DNA of 64,000 nt from Chrysomallon squamiferum (lineage: Eukaryota; Animalia; Mollusca). Shown piece by piece: positions 38,758 to 52,432 of the stretch. The translations under genes and the position numbers were made by a program. Numbering within the stretch: the stretch's first letter is position 1; each line of letters opens with the position of its first letter. The notes under the pieces were generated by a model. That model saw nothing but the letters and a program-made list of their open reading frames with translations. It made no database searches and was not told the origin of the DNA. The DNA lies in assembly GCA_012295275.1 (NCBI GenBank), contig CM022673.1, forward strand, positions 13,020,001-13,084,000, given 5' to 3'.

Positions 38758-41727
38758 GTAACAACAACAACAGTAATGAAAATTACTCCAATAATGATAA
38801 CAACAACCACACAAAATCTATAATAATAAATAACCTATGAAACATAATATTCATGGATTAATTTACAAATAACTACATTTCTCTTCCAAGTAAAATGTTA
38901 TGGAAAGTGTTGTCCTACAGAAAATGGAATATACATAATTAAAATACAAATTAGTAAGATTTAATAATAATTTCTGGAATTACATCGAGGAAAGTGACTT
39001 CATCTAAAGCTAGGAATAAAAATCTTGCTTTGATTTCTAAAACATTTCACAATGTCACGACAACTTGTCATTCTTTACTTTAAAATGCTAATTAAGTTTC
39101 AAATTTTTTTTTTCCCCTCATCTTTTTGTTTTACATTTTAAATGATCATCATGCCACAAGTGAATTTGGTTTTCATCATTCTTGCAACAGTAATTGTTTT
39201 TAAAAACAGCATTTAATTTTTTTGTGCACATTTTAAATGGACTATTTTGCCACAAGTGAATTAAATTTCTGTGATTCATGAAGTTCAAAGTAACCAGTTA
39301 AATTATTCTTTTGGCAGTGTTAAAAATACAAAAAACAAAACAAAAATAAGTTTAAATTCATTTCAGACTTGTAAAGTTTTTCTTATAAAACAAACATTCA
39401 AATGACCCAGCAAAAGAGTTCTAGTAACATGAAAATTGTTTGAAAAGTTTTTAATGTCTTCTGTAAGAAATGATTTTCGTTAAGATGGTATTTATTTTCA
39501 AATGAAACAATCTGAAGTTTGCATTATAAAAATATTTAAAAAATGTAAAAAAATTTAAAATGTTTTTTAAAAAAAAATATATCTAATAAAACGGATAAAA
39601 TCTTAAACACAAAGCAAGTAATCTAATCCAAACTGACAGACTTGATAAACTTTCGCAACATTCTGTAACAAGAGATAATCTATTTATCTGCCGATTTTTA
39701 CTGATTTTTCTAAACAGAGTGTCTGCTTTATGTGACAGACTGTTTTAACTGAGAGGAAGAGTTATGTAACATGTAGTAATGTTATGGAGGCTGTCAGTGA
39801 TTTAAAACAAATGGGACCGAACTGAAACCATCTTGACTTCAGAAGTAAACACTTTCCATCTGCACTCTGACAGTCCAGTTCTTCACCCCACAGTCCCTTG
39901 GGGGTGTTACATGTATCATGTGTGTAACAAATGTGTGTGATCGCCTTCCACCAAAGGAACCTCAAGTGTGGTTGTTTTATTTTCCACATTTAAATATGTT
40001 TAATTGTTTAGAACGTACAAAATGAAGGCTTTGAAATGATAGAAGTTTCATTGTGGTTTTGTCTTAATGAAGGTTCACATTCAGGTTATTGCATTTTAAG
40101 TGAATAAGTGGCACATTTGGCAAATTCAGGAAATCTGAGTCATATCTGCATTAATAATGCATTAAATAATGTATTTAGCAATATCACGATTTAAATTCAT
40201 CTTTGTCAAAAACCAACAGTGAGCATAAAAATTCAAAAACCCTAAAAAATAATGGATAAAAAAAAAAAAAAAAATAAAGAATGAAAGAAAAGAAAATTAA
40301 ATAAATAAATAAATAAAGAAAAAAGAAAAGAAAATTAAATAAATAAATAAATAAAAAGAAACTGCAATTCATTTTAAAAAGTATTTGAAAGTGATCACCA
40401 CACCCAGTGACTTAGAGTCCCTTTCATTGAAAGTGGTCACACATGTTTTACACGTGTTTAGTTAAACATCTGTGTCAGTGAAACTGGAAATGGAGAATAG
40501 TTTCAGTTTATTTTCTGTCTTACAAACATTTTCTTAATATATGAGCCACTTCTGTTTACGTTTTTATCTCTCTCTCCGTATCAAATTCTTGATTACTGTT
40601 TACACTTCCCTGTTAAAAGATGTTTACTGATACTCTGTTTGTTTCTCTCAGATTTGTATGTCTTTCACTAAACTGTTTTGATTTTCGCTCTTCTCACTGG
40701 CAAAGTTTTAACATTCCATTCAGAAAGGCTGACAGCAGTGTTTTGGGTGTATGTCACTCATTATCACAGGCTCTCTCAAACCAAGGCACTGTTAGTGTTG
40801 TTAGTATGTTAGAAGACTCGAGAAAACAATAAGTATGATGGTTTTATACAATTGTAAAATTAGTTACAGAGAAGAGATACACCGTGAATACTTTTATAAT
40901 AATTACTATTGCAAAAATAAATTATAATAAACCAAATAAAGTTATAAAAACTAAATATAAAATTTTTTTTATTAAAAAAGAGCATTCAAGCATTTCTGGT
41001 TTATAATAATCTTAACAATAAAAAAATTCAATATCTTTAACAATTAAAAAAAAAAAAAAAAAAAAAATCATAGTAAAAATAAAATAAAACTTAAAATAAA
41101 GAACACAACAAAAAACAACAACAAAAAAAAAAAAAAATAAAATTTAAAAAAAAAAAATGAAAAGAATGGCTATTGGAAAAAAAACCAAACAAATAATCTT
41201 TTTAAACTAATCATCAAGTAAAATTTGACTTTCAAGCTATTCTTTATGAAAAATAAAATCTTTTAACAAAACATGAAAAACAAAGCAACAGTCCCAAAGA
41301 AATCACTTGATTTATATATCCACACATGCGACAAATATAAATCATTTCTAACTGATGCGATCTGTACAGACTTTTTTCTTCTTTTTTTTTTCTTCAAATT
41401 TTATTTTCTGATAGGCTTCGTTTTCTGCTGCTATTAAAAAATATTGGTTCATTATTACAGTAAATTTTTCAAACAGCAAATAACAAATTCATGAACGACC
41501 TTGATTGTGGTAAAGATATTTTTTTTTTAACCAGTGCACTTAGGTTAAAGCATTGTTTAATATTGTTCAATACTGTTGTTGCAATTGTTGTTGTTGTCAC
41601 TGATATATTGTAGTAGTAGTTGTTGTTGTTGTTATTGGCACTGATGTGGTTGTTGTTGTAAAAATAATTATTACTGGTAAATTTAGTAGTTCTGGTAGAA
41701 AATAATCATAATAATTACAATAGTAAT

Positions 41728-41818
41728 AATAAGAATAATGTTGTTGTCATTCTTATGACTTTTTTGTGATCATAAGAATAATGTTGTTGTCATTGTTATG
41801 ATTTTTTGGTGATCATCA
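41728..41818. repeat. About 43 bp tandem duplication (ATAAGAATAATGTTGTTGTCATT.TTATGA.TTTTT.GTGATC)
   Basis: Two adjacent near-identical copies. Confidence 0.8.
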
Positions 41819-43745
41819 TCACATAAATAAAATTATTGTTAACATAGAAAAACAATTACTATTACAAGTGTGCACCAAAACGAAAAATATGAATAAAAGC
41901 ATTTAAAAACACACGGAGAAAGAACAATTTTTCGCATTCGTGCATCATTTATTATTACAAATGTATTTCATTTAAAAAACATTCCAACTTTTACATTCAC
42001 ATTCTGACACTGATCAGAATAATATGTTTGCATTTCCTCCTTCAGCCGGAGAGCACCTAGCTTCCATTACTACTTCATTTAGCCAGAAATTTAATGTATG
42101 TAATTTAAGACTGAAAACCAACAAAAAAAAAACAGCTAACCTAAATATTTCACACATTGGCTGAAAGTGATGGAAATGTTTGCATACAGTTTGAGATGTA
42201 ACAAAAATTGGAACAAATTGGGGCGGCCATTTTGAAGCTTCCTGTTTGAAATGTGCTGTTAATGTATGCTGTGTACGTTGGCAAGAAACCAAAAAATATA
42301 AACACATCCCCTAAAACTGCCCAGAGGTGGAAAAAGCAAAGCTGGAGACAAGAAAGATATTCTAAACTCTCCTTTTCTCTAGAATTTCTCAATGCAGTAA
42401 ACAGTATTAATAATTGGCTTATTAAACTGTCAGCTTCCTTTTTCTCTAAAATCTCTCAATATTTCTAAGAGTGGAGTAATTGGCTTACCAACAAGGTCAA
42501 GCTCTGCTGCAGTTTCTATGGATTATCATATTTTTTTTATTACAGGAATAAAAACAAAGCTGTAGTCTCTTGTGTTATCTACATACACTGCTAATGATGT
42601 TTTTATGATTGCTCTTGAATCCTGTCAATATATAGATTTCTTTTATTTCTGTATCATTTTTTTTTTTTTTTTTTTTTTTTACTGAACAATAGCTCTTATT
42701 TATTTTTTTTTTTTTTATTTATTTTATTATATTTAACATATCATAAAGCCTGTTTTGACAAAAACAAAGAAAAATTATATGATTATTTATTTATTTATAC
42801 ATTTTGAGTATTTGTTTAGTCATCTTTTGGTTTTTGGGGGGTTTTATATTTTAAGAATTAAAAAAATAAAAGCATTTGCTATTTCAATTAAATAATATTT
42901 AGTGGAAATAGACAATAGAATATATAAAACTGAAATGTTATTTTCAGAAATTTATATTTTAAAAAATTCTAAAAGGAAGAAGAATCTGCTAAATAAAGCT
43001 AAAAAATACAATTAATATGAGGAATAAATTTTTTTTTTTAATTCAAAAAGATACATAAAATTTATCTGCAATTATTATCACATCATTTTACAGATACTGC
43101 AAGAGATTATGACCAGAAATATTTACTTCAAATTCTGTCAAACATCCTTCTTTTTTTTACTAAAAACCAACACCAAAAACTTTTGTCTTTTTATTCCTTT
43201 TTTATTTTTTTTTTTTTTTTTTAGTAAATAAATTCCACAGATTTAATACTTTATGTCTTAAATGCTTCAAATCTCCAGATGACTTTTAAAAAAATACAAA
43301 TTCATGGATGGACTCTTATTAAAAAAAAAAAAAAAACCTGTTTATAATTTGTTTATCAGCTGAAACACTTGTGTAGAAATGTTTTTGATTTGTAAGTGGT
43401 ATTTCTTTCACTGAGACTATTAACTTGTCAAATAGATTATCAAACAGTGAAAAAAAAAATATCAGTCTGTTCTGTTGACAAGGAGGGCTTTTTTTTTTTT
43501 TTTTTTTTTTGATGGGGGGGAGTTTCTGGAAATAACCACACAAAGTGTTAACGGGAAAACCCAGCAAAAAGTTAGGTGGTCGTGTCAGCAGTAAAAGGGT
43601 TAATGTATCAGTGTTTATATAAACTGTGCTGGCTACAGGAGTTTGTGTGTTGTCAAAGATTATCAGTGTTTGTGACGGACTGGTTGTGAAGTGATTTAAG
43701 ATGGATAACTGGGTTTGGATATGTATGTTCATGTGAGAAAGAGAA

Positions 43746-43776
<31 letters not shown>

Positions 43777-45844
43777 ACAAGAGACATGTACACACTGTCA
43801 AACACAAACATTCACAACTACATAAAAACATTTCATTATTGTATTAACACATTCATACACCTACAGACACAGACACAGACAGACAGACACACACACAAAC
43901 ACACACACACAAACACACACACACACACACACACACAGACCCCGACACAAGTCAGCAAACCAAAGACATTCGATAATTTTAAATGAACACATTAAAAAAA
44001 AGCTATAACAGACACAGACAGACACCCAGACTCTCAGACATTCAAAAACTGATGAGTAATCGTAAACAAACACTCTATAAAAACCCTCATCCTTTTTTTT
44101 TTTTTGTTTTTTTTTTTTTTTTTTTCATCTGCAATGTAACAACAAAGCCAAATTTCCTCTCTCTCTAAATCTATGAGGATAACATGAAGACCTATTAAAA
44201 AAGTGGAATTAGATTTTCTCCAATTCACGTCGGGGCAGAGACTCCCATAATCTGAATGAGAACTACATCTGCCACGACAACATCGTGACTGTTAATATGG
44301 CTACTCCAAAGACGCGGGATCCCTGGTGGCTTATTGCTGCATCACCTCTAGCAGAGCAAGGATTAAGCTGAATCCAGTTAAGGATGAAATATGTGTCTGC
44401 AGTGCGCCAGTCCATCCCAGTGGATTTCCCCAACATATAATGTACAGCTAGGTTTCCTCGGGTTACGCAATCACAGAATTCAGCTCTAATGTTTTGATGA
44501 CATCTTAGTATAACTACTTGCTAAATTATTTATTTATACGCGAGAAGGATTTTCGGATTTTCATGCTGAAAGAGGCCATTGTTGTGATATTAATGTTTTG
44601 TAATTATTTATTTATTTAACCCCAAAAAATAAAATAAAAAATGTCGTTATTTGACACTTCTGAAACATGATTAGAGAGCTGTTTTACTTTATTATGGATG
44701 TATTTACATTATTTATTTCAGTTAATAAATCTTATTCTCGTTTCACATTTTTCAACATAATTAGAGATATTTAAAATAGTAGCAGATGTTTTCATCAACT
44801 AGAAGCATATTTTTATTTAAAAGACAATTTATGGGGAAATAATAATCTAAGAAATACCGAAATAATGGATTTTATACTCCACTTCACGGAAAAATAAAAC
44901 AGCTTACAAAAGAAAACAAAAAAAAACATGGCTCCAAAGGAATGTTTGTTTCATAAAAAGAAAATGGTTTCAAAGAAAACAAACAAACAACAAAAGGTAT
45001 CTGCTAATGTAAATAAAGCAATTTCAGAAATGAAAAGTCAAAAAACAAATGTTTCTGAAAAACAAATTATTGAAAAATCAAACGGTTTTTCGAACCTACC
45101 TCAAAACTAAACATCTCGATAAACGAAAAACAAAAACAAATTTGTTTTTCAAATTAAATGTCTCCAAAAAACCACCAAAACGTTTCTCAAATACATCATC
45201 TCAATGAAAAAACCAACAACCAACAACAAACGTCTGAAAAACAACAAAAAAAAGCCAGCAGCATGCAAAGCAAAGAGATTATCACATTCATTTTGCCCAT
45301 TTACCAAGTATGTGCAGCATGTGGATATGTGAGAAAGATGAAGTGCGTAGAAAAACAAACACGTGCAACTTCCAATACACATCTGACACGTTTGCAAGTC
45401 GGCCATGAAATGAGCTTCATCAAGAATCAATTTGACTCCATCTGCTTTCTCCACTGGAGACTAAACGCAGTTTAACTAGTTCACTAAGTAAGTCCTGGGA
45501 GATTCCCATTATTAGAAGAAAAAACAAAATTAAATGAGAATTTTCTTAAGAGCACTTCAGTTCCTAATTCGTTTGAAGCATTTTTTAAATTAAAACTCTG
45601 TGGCAGACACATGTAAGAATATTTCGTGGCAGTGTATGTATCATAAATGTGTTTTGATTTTTAATTTTTTTTTTTTTCTTCCAAAGCTTTTTGAAATATG
45701 AATATCAGAATATACAGGTAATAATATACAACATGCATCCCCAATCCCATATTCATCAATCTAACTATCCAATCAATAATTCATAAAGAATTTTAGGTTG
45801 AGAAATGGTCACTATGTATCAACAGTAACAATAATACACTGTAT

Positions 45845-45884
45845 ATCCATCCATCCATCCATCCATCCATCCATCCATCCATCC
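45845..45884. repeat. (TCCA)n tetranucleotide microsatellite
   Basis: Direct sequence. Related GGAT/ATCC tracts occur near 34630-34750, 54155-54230 and 58400-58450. Confidence 0.9.
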
Positions 45885-47531
45885 TATTACAACTGCTGAA
45901 AGAGTTTTAAGATGAGGAATGGTCTGTGTAACAAAACATTGAAATACATCCTCCCATCCATTCATCTGTCCATACAGTGATTAATTCTAAAAAAGAGTTT
46001 TAGTCTAGGGAATGATCAGTATGTATTGATAGCGGCTATCTTCACAGTTCATCAGTGCTGCAGCTCTGGAAGAGTCTGCTGAAAGCTAAAACTCAACACA
46101 ATCTCCACGTCTGAAAACAAAATGAAGAAGAAGAAACTGATAGGAAATCAGTACTTAACACTAATAGACTGAAGTATGGAAGCTGTTTCACATCTGTGAT
46201 CTCAAGCCATCATTTTTTATTTGTGTGGTTATTTAAAGATAATTACATTAACTTTTTTTTTTTTTATGTATGTATGTACGTATGTATGTTTGTACATATG
46301 TATGTACATATGTATGTGTAATTATTATTAAAAATTAATTTCTACATAATCAAAAAAAAAAAAAAAATGCTAAAAACATTCTGATCAAGGATTGTTTCAA
46401 AATTAAGTTCTTAACAGCAACTAAAACCTCACATTTAAATAAACTCACTTAGAGTATGAACAAAATTTAGACAAAAAAGAAAAAAAAAAAAAAAAAATCC
46501 AGCTGTTTAAATATGTTTTTCTCTTTTTTCCCCACTGTCCATAACAATTGTCAATTTGTCCATCTGTATTTGTTTTCATACATGTACAGCTGTGAAAAGA
46601 AACAGCCAATGAAATGAAAAGTTGTCAAAATGATGTTGTCAGGAGATTTCACTGCACTGATAAAAGTTTAAATAAGTTTTCATAAAAGGTGTCTGAGACC
46701 TTAATTGTCTACTGACTGACAGTAATGTATTTCTAAAAAAAGATCTCATTATGTCACTAGTTTTGGACTGGTCAATAAATATTGGTAAAAGGGCTTGCAA
46801 GACTACTGGTTTTGATTAGTTAATAAAAACGTGTGTCTTAAAGGTGCAATAACTCCACGTTTTTCAACTGATCGCACAACAATTTCTAAAAGGTGGTGTG
46901 AAACCTTTTGTACTTTATTGACAAAAACATTGGTTAAAAAAGGTGACTGTGAGACCATTGTTTTTGATTGGTTGACAATTGCATGCAAACTGTAGTAAAA
47001 TGAACTCCATTTATCACAGGTCGTTTGTTAACAAGTAATTATCTCTTCTTTTTTTTTTTTTTTCACAATTATCTTCTCAGAGAGCTGGGTGTCTTTGAAG
47101 TTGTTGAAATCAAAGAGTTTCAACTTGTGAATAATTTACTATCAGGTGACTGCCTTCAGCCAAGCGGGTGTGAACGACGAGTGGTGTGGAACAAAGGAGT
47201 TGTTGTGTGAACAATTGTACTGTGTGAATTGCTTATCTGCTTATCTCCGTAGGAGAAACAAAACAAGACCCTGGTTTAATCTTGCAGAGAAAACAGATCA
47301 AAGGTGGACATAGAAAGAAAAATGCCTGCATCGAGGAAGTGTTGAGAGGATGCTGAACTTTTCAAACTGTGCTTGTAAAATATTTACGAAACTGCTGACT
47401 TCATCCAGTAAATATAAATAATGTAATGTAATATGATATGATATGATATCATGTAATATAATACAATATAAAATAATATAGAAATAAACGTATATAAATA
47501 ATAAATGAAACAAACGCACAAAGTAATAAAG

Positions 47532-47610
47532 AAATAAAATAAAATAAAATAAAATAAAATAAAATAAAATAAAATAAAATAAAATAAAGTAAAATAAAAT
47601 AAAATAAAAT
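47532..47610. repeat. (AAAAT)n pentanucleotide microsatellite
   Basis: Direct sequence. Confidence 0.95.
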
Positions 47611-47684
47611 TAAATTAAATTAAACAAATGACACAAAAAAGATTCAGTCCAATAATTCAATAAATAAATTAAAATTTGTTTGAT

Positions 47685-47728
<44 letters not shown>

Positions 47729-48196
47729 TGAAGAAATGTTTATGGAAATAATAAATTTTTATAATAAATTTGTTTTAAAAATAAGAAAGAGAAGAAAACT
47801 ACATGAAAGGTAAAAAAAAAAAAAAAAAAAAAAAATAGAGGCACTCAACTTTGCCATTACAGTAAAACGGTTACCAAAAGATTAGAATGCATTAAGCTGT
47901 GTGCAAACTGTTTAGGGAGAGAAAATTACCCCCTATTCACTTTAATACAACTGGCCAACGCTCAAACGGAAACAAATTGCACATTCAGATGTTGCCCATG
48001 TGTTCATTATGGAGGGCAAATGGCTGCATACAGGTCACATGATATACTCACAAAGATGATCAGCGACAATTTACCCCTCCATTTCCAGCTGGCTACAATT
48101 ACCAGGCAAGCTGTCATCATGTCACGTTTCTACCACACAATTTTATTACAGAAAATTGCTTCACCACCAGACACACACAAGTTTCACAAAGCTTCA

Positions 48197-48561
48197 CTCT
48201 GTATTTCAGCCTAATTATATTCACTATTTCAGCCCAGTTCTGCTCTGTATTTCAGCCTAATTATATTCTCTGTTTTAGCCCAATTCTGCTCTGTGTTTTA
48301 GCCTAATTCTGCTCTGTATTTCAGCCAAATTCTGCTCTGTATTTCAGCCTAATTGTGCTCTGTATTTCAGCCAAATTCTGCTCTGTATTTCAGCCTAATT
48401 GTGCTCTGTATTTCAGCCTAATTGTGCTCTATATTTCAGCCTAATTCTGCTCTGTGTTTCAGCCTAATTCTGCTCTGTATTTCAGCCTAATTGTGCTCTG
48501 TATTTCAGCTTAATTGTGCTCTGTATTTCAGCCTAATTGTGCTCTGTATTTCAGCCTGATT
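48197..48561. repeat. 23 bp minisatellite, about 16 copies (CTCTGTATTTCAGCCTAATT[C/G]TG)
   Basis: Regular 23-nt periodicity of TTTCAGCCTAATT is visible directly. Confidence 0.95.
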
Positions 48562-49472
48562 TGGCCTCTTCTCCTGTCACTGCAGAGACATTTTGAAGGA
48601 CAGGGGGGGGGAACTGATTCAATTTGACCAGACATTTCAGTAGAAAGGTAGTTAGCAGTTTGTGTCACTCTCCTGTAAGAACTGATACATTTCAGAACGG
48701 AGACCGGTAATAAGGAAAAGTTGAGATTTGGTGTGTAACAAGAAAAGTTGCTGGTAAACCCTGCCTGACAGAGTCACACTGGAAGTGCTAATCCCTGCTA
48801 GATCAACTGGCCAGACCAGTGAACCATCAATCAAAGTGGAAATCAATTCCCCTCTGCTGATGAATACTGTTAACGTGAAATACACGAGTCTATTTACATT
48901 TAAATGATATCGTAGATGTAGATAAGTACTGTATAGAACAGAAAAACTGGTTAAAATTTCAGTATTGATATAGACGAATAAAATATTCTACAGTAAAATA
49001 AAATCATTTAAATCTTAGTGTTGATGTAGATATATAAACTACTGCATAGTAAATAATATTTTAAAATGAGTGTTGATGTAGATAAATAAACTGTTGAATA
49101 ATGCATAAATAAATAAAACATTACAGGCCATGTTTAACTAATCAGATTTAAATGCTCTTACCAAATTTTTATTGGTTTTATCTTTTTTCTTGAAGTGTTA
49201 ATGTACTGTACAGACATATTTCTCAATTTGTTTGCGTTGTTTCATCTGGAGAAAACTACCTTGCACCTTACGCTCCAGTGGGGCTGGTGAGTGATGGACA
49301 AATGGATGAACGGACATAGTAGTGAAGACTAATTTGTTTCTTAACAAAACATTTTAACTTTCTTTAATTTCAGAGCATGCCTGGAAGAAAATGTTTTGCT
49401 ACTATCCAGCCATTGCTAATGTAAATTCCATCTACACATCGTTCATGTACATGCCATTTTGTTAATGTGTTC

Positions 49473-49475
<3 letters not shown>

Positions 49476-49520
<45 letters not shown>
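49476..49520. repeat. (CA)n microsatellite
   Basis: Direct sequence. Confidence 0.95.
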
Positions 49521-49521
<1 letters not shown>

Positions 49522-51164
49522 CAGATAAGTTGTATCATTTAATTTGATTTAGTGTATGTAATTATTAACTATGCTTTGTTTGTTGTTTTTTGTTTGTTTT
49601 TTAATTCTTTCTTTTGTTGGTTTTTTTTTAATTTTAACTGAAAAATATTCTTTATTTTATGAACTAATTAAAAACAACAATACAACCGTACTTACATAAA
49701 AACATTTTTAAGAATCTTTAAGGTTTAAAAAAGGATTTCATTATAAAGATTATAAAAAGGAAAGTAATGGATTTTTTTTTTTTACCTTATTTATTTAGCT
49801 CTATAGTATTTTTCAAACTTTTTTTAATAACATGCTTTTTTTGTTGTTGTAGTGGTATATGAGCAAAGAATAAAATGAAAAAGATCAATTTATTGATAAA
49901 ATGTGATGAAAGTTCTCAGAAATAAACTGAGAATTAAATAACATGTCTAGATTTATTTTCATAACAGTAAAATAAAATAAATAAATTGAATAATAATAAT
50001 AATAATAATAATTAACATAATAATTACAATGACAATAACAATACCAATAACAATAACAGTAACAATAACAATAACAAAATAAGATAAAATAAAAATAATA
50101 TAAAACAAAATTACAATAAAAAAGATAATATATATATATATAAGCATGTGGGTGTGGGTGTGTGTAAATTAAGTATGTACACACATACACGAATGTATGT
50201 GTGTGTGTGTAAATTAAAAAGTAATTTAAAAAAATGACATAAAAGTAAAAATCTGTCTACACTGCAAACAGAAACATCATTCAGCTTATCAATTAAACAA
50301 CTTTGTGTGTGCATCTTATTCAGACTTGCAAGTACTCGACCGGCACAGAAAACATTTTAAGATGTTCCGTAAAGTGGTACAAATACAAAACATCTTTACA
50401 AAGATCCAGCAAAAAAAGATATTTAAAAAAATGATGAATAGACACATTCGTAAATCCTTCATAATGCACCGATTGAAAGAAAAATGCTGCACACCTGTAT
50501 TATTACCTGTTATTTTCAATCACAACAAACGGACACAAAAGACAAGCATGCCATCATCTTTACATGAAATACATGAACGCAACTTGGGTTAATTTCAATA
50601 AAAAGGGCGTCTACATAAAATTATGCAGTTTTGTAATCATACAAGTATTATTCAATTTTTTTTTTTATATACATATATTTCTTTTCTACATTAATAATTT
50701 ATGATGATTTATTCAGTGGAGTACATTATTGACATTGTGATTTTTTTGTCTGATAAATATAAAGTGCTGTGCAGAAGGCAAGATGCCCGAAGCAACTGCT
50801 ACACTGCAACACATTATTAAATATATTCATGCTTGTTTCTGTCTTTATTTATGTGCTGCATGAGGAAGGAAGAAGTACATTTTATATTCATCCATAGCTG
50901 ATAATGTAAAATTCATATAGTCAGACTGAGTTTCTGATTATATCCAGCACTGCAATCTAATGCTTTTCAGCAGGTTTATTTGATTTTATTTTATTTATTT
51001 TTTTATTTTTTTTTTTTTTATTAAAAAAGTTAATTTGTATGTTGTTTGAGTGTGAATATATTATATTTTATTTTGTATGTTTATTTAATTATTTTATTTG
51101 TTGTTGGTGGTTGTGCTGGTGTTGTTTTGATTACTGTTATTTTAGAATTTTTATTTATTTATTA

Positions 51165-51167
<3 letters not shown>

Positions 51168-51212
<45 letters not shown>
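51168..51212. repeat. (TAT)n microsatellite
   Basis: Direct sequence. Confidence 0.95.
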
Positions 51213-51450
51213 CATTATTACATTTTTCTGATTGTGGTTATTTTTTTCATTTTGTATGTTTTAACTATGATGTGTGATTTTAAACACTATCAATTTTTTT
51301 ATTTTATTATTATTATTTTTTTAAATGCTGTGAAAATAAAAATAGAATATAATTTAAATATATACACTTTCTCCCACCTGAGTTCACCTGGTAAGTGACA
51401 GACAAATCACACCTGTAATTACATTCTTACTCTTCAACAGCAAACTTTAT

Positions 51451-51490
51451 ACTTACCTGAAAAACAAAGAAAAAAGCATTTAGTATTCAA
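51451..51490 (-). promoter_or_regulatory. Candidate recursive splice site (zero-length exon / ratchet point)
   Basis: Minus strand reads gaaTACTAAAtgcttttttctttgttttTCAG|GTAAGT: branch-point-like motif, long polypyrimidine tract, and an acceptor directly fused to a perfect donor. It is on the same strand as the ephrin gene. Confidence 0.55.
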
Positions 51491-52390
51491 ATAACAAGTT
51501 TTAACAAATTAATACATTTCAACATATGGAAAATAATGAACTTTTAATACAATGAAAAACATTACACAAACAATGTTATACAGTTAAATACAGAGTATTT
51601 GTTAAAAAGGTCATGTAATGAAAAAAAAGGATGAGATATTATTTTTCTGTAATAGATGGAAGTATCTATGTAATAAATGATAATTATAAATATTCTTTTT
51701 TTTTTTAAATTTTTTTTTTAACTACTAAGTTCTGAAAATCATTATAAAACAATGAGTTTTACATAACCATGTCTTTAAAAAAGAATATCACTTTCATTGT
51801 CTCCCATTTAATATGCTTTAAGAAGTTAATTTTCATTAGCTGTTTTTTTTTTTTTTTTTTTCAGTTTCATCTTCATTTTTCAGTATATTTAATTTCAGCA
51901 GTATTGCAGGCCATTTGAAGCCTTTTTCCATTTTCATATTTTAAAATACTCTTTTTCTTATTCTTTGCATGCATTTTTATTGTTTTTTTTTTACTTTAAA
52001 TGGAGTAATGCTTTTTCTTCTTCATTTTTTTATATATTTTTTTTGAACCCTTCTCAGCTTTTAACTTATTAAGCAGGTTCTCTTTATGTGAACTAGTGAG
52101 AAAACACGCAGTAAAACTTGCTGTAAAATGACCCAGAGACGTAATCAAGTTTAACGACAAGTTATCAAGCAAATTGAGAAGACTTGATGGATGGACGGAA
52201 TGGACTGGACATGAACGGGGAGAGAAAATACTTAGTGAACAGTATCACAACACTAACAGCTCAACTCAGAGTTTGAATAACGTAATTATTTACAGATCAC
52301 TTTGACAGCTTAATCAGGGCAAGCTTTGAAAAACCCTCACTGCCGTTTTCATACATGGCTGGCTTTTGTCTGTCTGCCTGTGTCCTGTAG

Positions 52391-52432
<42 letters not shown>

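Noticed and set aside
46021-46140. Strong minus-strand acceptor (ttcttcattttgttttcag| at 46111/46110)
   Set aside because: No good donor or meaningful reading frame downstream. Such acceptors arise by chance in T-rich DNA.
51391-51440. Plus-strand GTAAGT...CAG 50-nt mini-intron look-alike
   Set aside because: No plus-strand exons or credible ORF flank it, and it is very short for this genome.
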